A model generated the notes under the pieces. The model saw only the letters and a list, made by a program, of their open reading frames with translations, was not told the DNA's origin and made no database searches. This document shows positions 17,005 through 23,384 of a DNA stretch of 64,000 bases, in pieces. Source of the DNA: Gammaproteobacteria bacterium (GTDB lineage: Bacteria > Pseudomonadota > Gammaproteobacteria > Steroidobacterales > Rariloculaceae); contig JAJDVG010000005.1 in the NCBI GenBank assembly GCA_022826245.1, positions 10,837-74,836 on the forward strand. The letters are read 5' to 3'. Each line of letters begins with the position of its first letter. The stretch's first letter is position 1. Made by a program: the position numbers and the translations under genes.

Positions 17005-17325
17005 ATGAAAGTGATCGGAACGCCAATACCCGTGCTGCTCGCCGGACTGCTTGCGCTGGCGGGACCGGCGCTCGCGCACAGCCCGATCTGCAACTGCTAC
17101 GACAACGGTGACGGGACGGTAACCTGCGAGGGCGGTTTTTCCGACGGCGCATCCGCCGAAGGCGTTGCGATGCGCATCGTCGATGACAGCGACCGGGTGC
17201 TCACGGTCGGCGAGATGGATGCTGACAGCACCTACACCTTCGACCGCCCGGATGACGAGTTCCACGTCATTTTCGATGCGGGCATGAGCCACATCGTGAC
17301 CATCTTCAGCGGCGATATCGAGTAA
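17005..17325 (+). CDS. small secreted Cys/His protein (hypothetical, 106 aa)
   Basis: GAGGGAG Shine-Dalgarno 7 nt upstream. Signal peptide ...LALAGPALA, then HSPICNCYDNGDGTVTCEGGF, then a beta-rich region. No family recognised. Confidence 0.55.
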   Translation: MKVIGTPIPVLLAGLLALAGPALAHSPICNCYDNGDGTVTCEGGFSDGASAEGVAMRIVDDSDRVLTVGEMDADSTYTFDRPDDEFHVIFDAGMSHIVTIFSGDIE

Positions 17326-17329
17326 GCGA

Positions 17330-18178
17330 ATGCGTTGGCGCACGAAGATAATCAGGCACGGGACTACAGCCCTCGCGACCGCCGGTACCGCGTTGCTGAT
17401 CGCGCCTGCCATGGCGCACTTCCAGATGCTGTACACGCCGGAAATGGCCCTGTCCTCGGGACAGGCGACGCAATTGCTCATGCTGTTCACCCATCCCGCC
17501 CACGGCGGGCCCAACATGGCCATGGGCACGCCCGAGGCGTTCTACCTGATCAGCCAGCGCGGCGACGCCGCGGAGCCGGTCACGACCGATCTGCAGGAAT
17601 ACCTGGAGCCGATCGCCTGGCACTCGGAAAACGGTCCGGTGGACGCGTTCGAGGCCAATCTGCCGCGCAATCTGACCCGGTCGCTCGGCGACTACGTCTT
17701 CGTGCTCGAACCGAGCCCGTACTACGAACCGCAGGAAGACAAGTACATCCAGCAGTTCACGAAGACGATCATGAACATCGCAGGCGTCCCCGGAAACTGG
17801 GCCGATCCCGTCGGGCTGCCTGCGGAAATCCTGCCGCTCGACAAGCCTTACGCGAACTGGACGGGCGGCGTGTTTCGCGGCATCGTTATTGCCGACGGCG
17901 AACCGGTCCCGTATGCGGAACTGGAGATCGAATACATCAACCACGCACCGGACCTCGCCGAACGCCGTTTCGCGACGGACGCCGAGGTCGATTACCCTCA
18001 GGACTCGTTCGGAACATTGTCCATACGCGCGAACGCGCAGGGCGAGTTCACGATCGGCCTGCCGCGGGCCGGATGGTGGGGCATCTGCGCGCTTGAAGTA
18101 GGCGCCGACACCGAGCACGAGGGCAAACCGCTGTCGCAGGACGCGGTGCTGTGGATTCAGGTCAAGGACATGCAATGA
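17330..18178 (+). CDS. DUF4198-like periplasmic protein (nickel/cobalt-uptake-associated family)
   Basis: Starts 4 nt after the previous stop. Signal peptide ...LLIAPAMA, then HFQMLYTP (mature N-terminal His, typical of this family as recalled). C-terminal beta-sandwich pattern GGVFRGIVIADGEPVPYAELEIEY...GEFTIGLPRAGWW. Confidence 0.6.
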   Translation: MRWRTKIIRHGTTALATAGTALLIAPAMAHFQMLYTPEMALSSGQATQLLMLFTHPAHGGPNMAMGTPEAFYLISQRGDAAEPVTTDLQEYLEPIAWHSENGPVDAFEANLPRNLTRSLGDYVFVLEPSPYYEPQEDKYIQQFTKTIMNIAGVPGNWADPVGLPAEILPLDKPYANWTGGVFRGIVIADGEPVPYAELEIEYINHAPDLAERRFATDAEVDYPQDSFGTLSIRANAQGEFTIGLPRAGWWGICALEVGADTEHEGKPLSQDAVLWIQVKDMQ

Positions 18179-18816
18179 GCGGGAACCGCGAAATCATCGA
18201 GCCTGCCGGCGCGCGCGGCGAAACGCTTGCGATCGCCGGAGTCGTCGCGGCGGTCCTCGCCCTCGGCGGCTATGCCGTGAGCCAGCGCCAGGTCGAAGCG
18301 ACGGAATCGAGGCTGTTCGACTGGCAGATCAGCGCGTTCCACGACATGAGCGATGCCGATCAGGCCATCTATAACGCGCTGTCCACGGCCTCGGTCGAGC
18401 TGTGGTGGATCCACGGCGATCTGCTGTACTTCGCGGGCGAAGAACGCGCCCAGGATCCGTGGCCCTACATCGAGGAGCTCGACGAGGACTACGCGATGCC
18501 GCCGTTCGTACGCGACGTGGCCTGGCGGCAGCATGGCGAGGTGAACTGGCAGCGCGTCGCCTCGTTCTCGTTCGAGGGGTCGACGGTCTACCACGGCAGC
18601 GGCGGCACGCTTCCCGGGCAGAGCGCCTGGCTACTCATGCTGTCGCACGTGCACAAGGGCGCGAGCTTCACGGACGGCGCGACGATCTGGATTCACCCGG
18701 ATCCCGATGCCCCGGCGCCGCAAACGATCAAGCGCGATTCGCTGATCGTCAACGGCTGGAAAGAGGTCGTGCCGTATACCGGCGCCATGGAAGTGGAACG
18801 CCTGCAGGGCGCCTGA
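18175..18816 (+). CDS. membrane-anchored hypothetical protein (single N-terminal TM helix, periplasmic domain)
   Basis: ORF 18151..18816 trimmed to the ATG in an ATGA overlap with the upstream stop. TM segment LAIAGVVAAVLALGGYAV. No recognised motifs. Confidence 0.55.
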   Translation: MSGNREIIEPAGARGETLAIAGVVAAVLALGGYAVSQRQVEATESRLFDWQISAFHDMSDADQAIYNALSTASVELWWIHGDLLYFAGEERAQDPWPYIEELDEDYAMPPFVRDVAWRQHGEVNWQRVASFSFEGSTVYHGSGGTLPGQSAWLLMLSHVHKGASFTDGATIWIHPDPDAPAPQTIKRDSLIVNGWKEVVPYTGAMEVERLQGA

Positions 18817-18819
18817 AGC

Positions 18820-19806
18820 ATGCGGAGCGTGACAATGAGCCAGGGGACGGCGATATCGAATCACCGTGTCAGCCAATCCCCGCCGCGCAGACTCCGTGCG
18901 TACCTGCGGTCGCTCCTGCTTGCCTGCGCGTTGAGTGCGGCGTACGGCAGCGCGGCCGCCCAACCGCTGCGCATCGGCATCACGCTTCACCCCTACTACA
19001 GTTTCGCCGCCAACATCGCCGGCGAGCGCGCCGAGATCGTGCCGCTCATCGATTCAGGCAGCAATCCGCACAACTACACGCCGCGGCCCGACGACATGCG
19101 GCGCGTACTGGAACTCGACGCGCTGATCGTCAATGGCATCGGTCACGACGAGTGGGCCTTCGAAATCGTTGCGGCAGCCGGCCGCGACGACGACCTGCCG
19201 CTGATCTACGCCAACGACGGCGTGGCGCTGATCCCGATCGCGGCCGACGAAGGCGACGCCCGAGTCGTCAACCCGCATACCTTCGTATCGACCACGGCCG
19301 CGATCCAGCAGATCTACACGATCGCCCAGGAACTCGGCGCGCTCGATCCCGGCAACGCAGACTTCTACCGCGACAACGCGCGTGCGTACGCGGCGAAGAT
19401 TCGCAGGCTCAAGGCCGGATTCATGGCGGAACTGCTCGAACTTGATGTTTCCGACTTTCGCTGCGCGACCATGCACGGCGCCTATGGCTATCTGATGCAG
19501 GAATTCGGCCTGCAGGTCACGGCGGTCATCGAACCGCGCCACGGCGTGGAACCGACCGCCCGGCAACTGGCCGACACGATCGAGAAAATCCAGTCCGCCG
19601 ACGTCAATGTGCTCTTCGCCGAGAAGTACTTCACGAGCCGCCTGTCGGAGACGATCCGCGACGCCACGGGCGTGAGCATGTACTCCTTCTCGCATATGTC
19701 CGACGGCGAGTTCGTGCCCGAACTGTACGAGCGCGAGATGCTCGCCAACCTCGAAACGCTGGTGGCCGCGGTACGCACTGCCGTCGACGCCGACAAGGGC
19801 CAGTGA
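18820..19806 (+). CDS. metal ABC transporter substrate-binding protein (ZnuA/TroA cluster A-I type)
   Basis: Signal peptide ...AAYGSAAAQ. Conserved metal-ligand contexts LHPYY, NPHNYTP and VNPHTF. An alternative ATG at 18835 has a GGAG upstream. Confidence 0.8.
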   Translation: MRSVTMSQGTAISNHRVSQSPPRRLRAYLRSLLLACALSAAYGSAAAQPLRIGITLHPYYSFAANIAGERAEIVPLIDSGSNPHNYTPRPDDMRRVLELDALIVNGIGHDEWAFEIVAAAGRDDDLPLIYANDGVALIPIAADEGDARVVNPHTFVSTTAAIQQIYTIAQELGALDPGNADFYRDNARAYAAKIRRLKAGFMAELLELDVSDFRCATMHGAYGYLMQEFGLQVTAVIEPRHGVEPTARQLADTIEKIQSADVNVLFAEKYFTSRLSETIRDATGVSMYSFSHMSDGEFVPELYEREMLANLETLVAAVRTAVDADKGQ

Positions 19807-19868
19807 ACACTGTGCGAGACAGCTCTGCCGAATCCATGGTCTTGCCCGGCGTACACAGCCCCTGAACC

Positions 19869-20597
19869 ATGCGCGGACCGGGCATCCGCTTCGACGCGGT
19901 CGGGCTCAGCCTCGGCGGCAACGAAATCCTGAACGGCATCGACTTCGAAGTCGCGCCCGGCGCCGTCCACTGCCTGATCGGTCCGAACGGCGGCGGCAAG
20001 ACTTCGCTCGTGCGCTGCCTGCTCGGGCAGATGCCGCACACGGGCACGATCTCCGTCGACTGGCAGGATAACGGCGTTATCGGCTACGTGCCGCAGTTCC
20101 TCGACTTTGACAAGTCGTTGCCCGTGTCCGTGAACGATTTCATGGCGATGGTCTGCCAGAAACGACGGCCCGCTTTCACGGGATTGAGCAAGCACAACCG
20201 CGCGCTGACCGACGCGGCTCTCGAGCGCGTCGGACTCGACGGCAAGCGCGGGGCCAGACTCGGCAGCCTGTCCGGCGGTGAGCGCCAGCGTGTGCTGTTC
20301 GCTCAGGCGTTGATCCCGGATCCTGCGCTGCTCGTTCTCGACGAGCCCATGAGCAGCATGGACGAGGTCGGCGCCGAGTGTTTCGAAGCCATCATCCGCG
20401 AACTTGCCGCCGGCGGCGTCACGATCGTCTGGGTCGCGCACGATCTGCGGCAAGTCGAGGAGATGGCGGATGCCGCCACATGCGTCAACCGTACGGTGCT
20501 CTTCACCGGAGCGCCTGCCGACGTCCTCGTCGGGCATGAGGCCGAGGCTCTGTTCGCGCGCGCAGGTGAGGCCGAGCCCGGGGATGCAGCGCCATGA
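19869..20597 (+). CDS. metal ABC transporter ATP-binding protein (ZnuC-like)
   Basis: Walker A GPNGGGKTS, signature LSGGERQR, Walker B LLVLDEP. Confidence 0.9.
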   Translation: MRGPGIRFDAVGLSLGGNEILNGIDFEVAPGAVHCLIGPNGGGKTSLVRCLLGQMPHTGTISVDWQDNGVIGYVPQFLDFDKSLPVSVNDFMAMVCQKRRPAFTGLSKHNRALTDAALERVGLDGKRGARLGSLSGGERQRVLFAQALIPDPALLVLDEPMSSMDEVGAECFEAIIRELAAGGVTIVWVAHDLRQVEEMADAATCVNRTVLFTGAPADVLVGHEAEALFARAGEAEPGDAAP

Positions 20598-21499
20598 CCG
20601 CGATCTACGACTGGATTCGCGACACGCTCATGAACCTGGCCTTCGAGGGCACGCTGCCGCTCGCCTTCCAGTACGGCTTCGTCATCAATGCCCTGCTCTG
20701 CGCGCTGCTGATCGGGCCGGTACTCGGCGGTGTCGGGACGATGGTCGTCACCAAGCGCATGGCGTTCTTTTCCCAGGCCGTGGGCAATGCCGCCATGACG
20801 GGTGTGGCCATCGGCGTACTGCTCGGCGAGTCCTACACGGAACCCTACATCTCGACCTTCTCGTTCTGCATCCTGTTCGGCCTGGTACTGAATTACACGA
20901 AGGGCCGAACGGCGCTTTCCGCCGACACGCTGATCGGCGTCTTCCTCTCGATCTCGCTTGCCGTGGGCGCCTCGTTGCTGTTGTTCGTCTCGGCGCGCGT
21001 GAACACGCACATCCTCGAGGCGGTGCTCTTCGGCTCAGTGCTCACGGTAAGCGACACCGACATCAACGTGCTGCTCGTCGTGACGATCGCAACCGTCCTC
21101 GTCGGCGTTCCTCTCTTCAACCGCCTGCTGCTTGCGAGCCTTAACCCGAGCCTCGCCGACGTGCGCGGCGTGCCGGTACGGGCACTCGAATACGTCTTCG
21201 TGCTCATGATCACGATTCTGACGGTCGCCTGCCTCAAGATCGTCGGCGCCGTGCTCGTCGAGGCGCTGTTGCTCATCCCGGCGGCGGCCGCGCGCAACGT
21301 CATCCGGTCGATGAAGGGCTTCGTTTTCCTGAGCATGGCGATCTCCACGGTCAGTTGCGTCGCGGGCGTGCTGCTGCCGATGCAGCTCGACCTGCCCCTG
21401 CCGTCAGGCGGCGCCATCATCATGATCGCGGCAGGCTTCTTCGTCCTGACCTTCCTGATACGCGTTACCATTTCCCGATTCAGGGAAGCGCAGCCATGA
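20594..21499 (+). CDS. metal ABC transporter permease (ZnuB-like)
   Basis: ATGA overlap with the ATPase stop. Multi-TM protein of ABC-3 family appearance (FQYGFVINALL..., LLIPAAAAR). Confidence 0.88.
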   Translation: MTAIYDWIRDTLMNLAFEGTLPLAFQYGFVINALLCALLIGPVLGGVGTMVVTKRMAFFSQAVGNAAMTGVAIGVLLGESYTEPYISTFSFCILFGLVLNYTKGRTALSADTLIGVFLSISLAVGASLLLFVSARVNTHILEAVLFGSVLTVSDTDINVLLVVTIATVLVGVPLFNRLLLASLNPSLADVRGVPVRALEYVFVLMITILTVACLKIVGAVLVEALLLIPAAAARNVIRSMKGFVFLSMAISTVSCVAGVLLPMQLDLPLPSGGAIIMIAAGFFVLTFLIRVTISRFREAQP

Positions 21500-22482
21500 A
21501 GACGAATCGCGGCTCGGGGATCCCAGCGCTAACGGTCGCGGGCCTGCTGCTCCCGGCCTTGCCAGGCCATGCCCAGGACGACGAGATCCTCGTGCTGACG
21601 GCCTTGCCCTCGACGTACTCGGTCACCCACGCGCTCGCCGAGGGCACGAGCATCGTCGTCGAGAATCTGCCCGAGCGCGGCCGGCGCATGAGCGCGCTCC
21701 CGAACCTCCTGCGGCAATCCGCTGACCGCTACGCCGACACGCTGGCCAGGGCCGATGCCGTCGTGACCATCGGCAAGCTCTGGCGGGACGATCCGCTCTT
21801 CATCGCCGCGCGCAGCTACAACGTACGAGTCGTCGATATCGATGCGACCAAGCCCTGGTCGACCACGCTCGAAGGGATATCCGTGGCGCTCGAGCCGCGT
21901 CGCAACGCACCCTGGGCGGAGGCAGACGATTCCCCGCGTGAACCGTCCGTCCACTACTGGCTCAGCCCCGCCAACGGCGCGCGCATGGCCGAGATCATCG
22001 CGAGCGACCTGGCGCGCCTGGCGCCCGACGACCGCACGATCGTCGAAACGAACCTCGCTGAACTCAGGCGCGAACTGCTCGGTCTCAAGGTCGAATACGA
22101 ACTCAGGTTCGCGGAACTCGCCGACGTGACCGTGTTCGCCCTGGCGTCCGAATTCGTCTACCTGACCAGCGACATGGGCCTCTACGTGGACGGCTGGTTC
22201 GTCAAGCAGGACATCGACTGGACGGATGCGGACCTGGCGGCTTTCGGCGATTACCTGCGCGACAACGGCATCGGCGTCGCCATGCACAAGTGGGAACCGG
22301 ACGAGCGTATCCGAGCCGTCATCGAAGCGGCCGGCGCGCGGCTCGTCGTCCTCGACACGCTCGATGCGGGCATCGTCGAGGACGGTCGCCTGATGCCCGA
22401 GAGCTACCTCGAACTCATGCGCGACAACCTCGAGTCCCTCCATGCGGCGCTCGCGGCGCACAACGCGGGACAGCCGGAATGA
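21496..22482 (+). CDS. second ZnuA/TroA-like periplasmic binding protein with degenerate metal site
   Basis: ORF 21355..22482 trimmed to the ATG in an ATGA overlap with the permease stop. Signal peptide ...LPALPGHAQDD. Retains the HYWLSP context but lacks the other canonical His contexts. Confidence 0.6.
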   Translation: MKTNRGSGIPALTVAGLLLPALPGHAQDDEILVLTALPSTYSVTHALAEGTSIVVENLPERGRRMSALPNLLRQSADRYADTLARADAVVTIGKLWRDDPLFIAARSYNVRVVDIDATKPWSTTLEGISVALEPRRNAPWAEADDSPREPSVHYWLSPANGARMAEIIASDLARLAPDDRTIVETNLAELRRELLGLKVEYELRFAELADVTVFALASEFVYLTSDMGLYVDGWFVKQDIDWTDADLAAFGDYLRDNGIGVAMHKWEPDERIRAVIEAAGARLVVLDTLDAGIVEDGRLMPESYLELMRDNLESLHAALAAHNAGQPE

Positions 22483-22627
22483 ACCACCGTGCCGCAGGAT
22501 GGCTTTCTTAATATCGTTTATGGAATAGTTTCATAAACTTCTGTTTTATATATTTTTTCTGAAAAGATGATCGATACCGAGACTTGGCAAACTTGCGGAA
22601 CCTGAAGCGGCCGAAAACCACATCGAC

Positions 22628-23185
22628 ATGAAATTCGTACCCCTCCCGAGAAGGCCGTCGATAACAGCGAAGCAGTTCCGCAGCGTCGGGCTTGCCGCCG
22701 CGCTATTGTGTTTCCTCGCGGGAGCGGCGCAGGCACAGGTTCTATCGGCCGTGAGCAGTGAAGGCGATGTGCTGGTCATGCCGGGCACGCCGATGCCTGC
22801 CGCCGCCATCGTCGACGGCGTGCGGCTCAGCGTGGCGGACGAGGGCAACTTTCGGGTCTACAGGGCGACGCTGAATGGCGACACGCATACCGCCCGCATT
22901 GCACTTGACGGTCCGACGAGGCACATGGCCTTCGACCGGCAACGCGAGCGGTTCCGCGAGCTGACACCGAGCGTGATCGTCGAGTTGCGCGACTATGCCC
23001 GGCTCGACGAGATCGTCGAATCCGCGGGCGCTCTCGGCGGCAAGGCCTATCCCGAACTCGGATTCGCCATCGTGCAGTTGCCCGAAACGACCAATCCGGC
23101 CGAAGCCGCACGCGCCTTGCTCGGCCATCCGGCAGTCGATGCCGCCCGCGTGCAACTGGCTGGTCCGCTTCGCGTACCGCTATAG
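22628..23185 (+). CDS. secreted hypothetical protein with C-terminal subtilisin-propeptide (inhibitor I9)-like domain
   Basis: Signal peptide ...LAGAAQAQV. The C-terminal ~70 aa (VIVELRDYARLDEIVESAGALGGKAYPELGFAIVQLPETTNPAEAARALLGHPAVDAARVQ) follow the beta-alpha-beta-beta-alpha-beta spacing of S8 pro-domains. The start codon has no clear Shine-Dalgarno. Confidence 0.45.
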   Translation: MKFVPLPRRPSITAKQFRSVGLAAALLCFLAGAAQAQVLSAVSSEGDVLVMPGTPMPAAAIVDGVRLSVADEGNFRVYRATLNGDTHTARIALDGPTRHMAFDRQRERFRELTPSVIVELRDYARLDEIVESAGALGGKAYPELGFAIVQLPETTNPAEAARALLGHPAVDAARVQLAGPLRVPL

Positions 23186-23229
23186 ACGGCTGGCCCTCCT
23201 GGAAATATACGGGCTCGCGCAGACGCCAA

Positions 23230-23339
23230 GGGCAGGTGCACCACGGGCCGCTTGAAACCCTCGCGCGCAGGGATGCGCGCGCGGAGCCTACAGGGATGTA
23301 TTCACGACGTGTTTCAAGCGGCCCGTGGTGTACCTGCCC
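23230..23339. repeat. 29-bp inverted repeat (1 mismatch) with 52-nt loop containing a nested GC palindrome
   Basis: GGGCAGGTGCACCACGGGCCGCTTGAAAC (23230-23258) pairs with GTTTCAAGCGGCCCGTGGTGTACCTGCCC (23311-23339). The loop holds CGCGCGCAgggaTGCGCGCG. It lies between convergent genes. Confidence 0.8.
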
Positions 23340-23384
23340 GCAACCAAAGACAGAACCACGCGCCTCTGGCGAAGCGGCCGGCAC

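Noticed and set aside
8563-22482. Looked for a canonical Zur box (GTTATA..TATAAC-type palindrome) to assign the island to zinc
   Set aside because: None is recognisable by eye in any intergenic region of the island. Metal specificity is therefore left open rather than called as zinc.
22517-22525. The 9-mer TTTATGGAA is shared between the AT-rich patch (22517-22525) and the hipB upstream region (30222-30230), each with a nearby TTCATAAA
   Set aside because: Both regions are short AT-rich islands where shared 8-9-mers are not improbable. The arrangement differs (everted versus inverted), and nothing links the two loci functionally.
22583-22600. Possible sigma54 promoter (TTGGCA...TTGCG) upstream of the 22628 gene
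   Set aside because: The GG-to-GC spacing is about 9 nt, not the invariant 12 nt of -24/-12 promoters.
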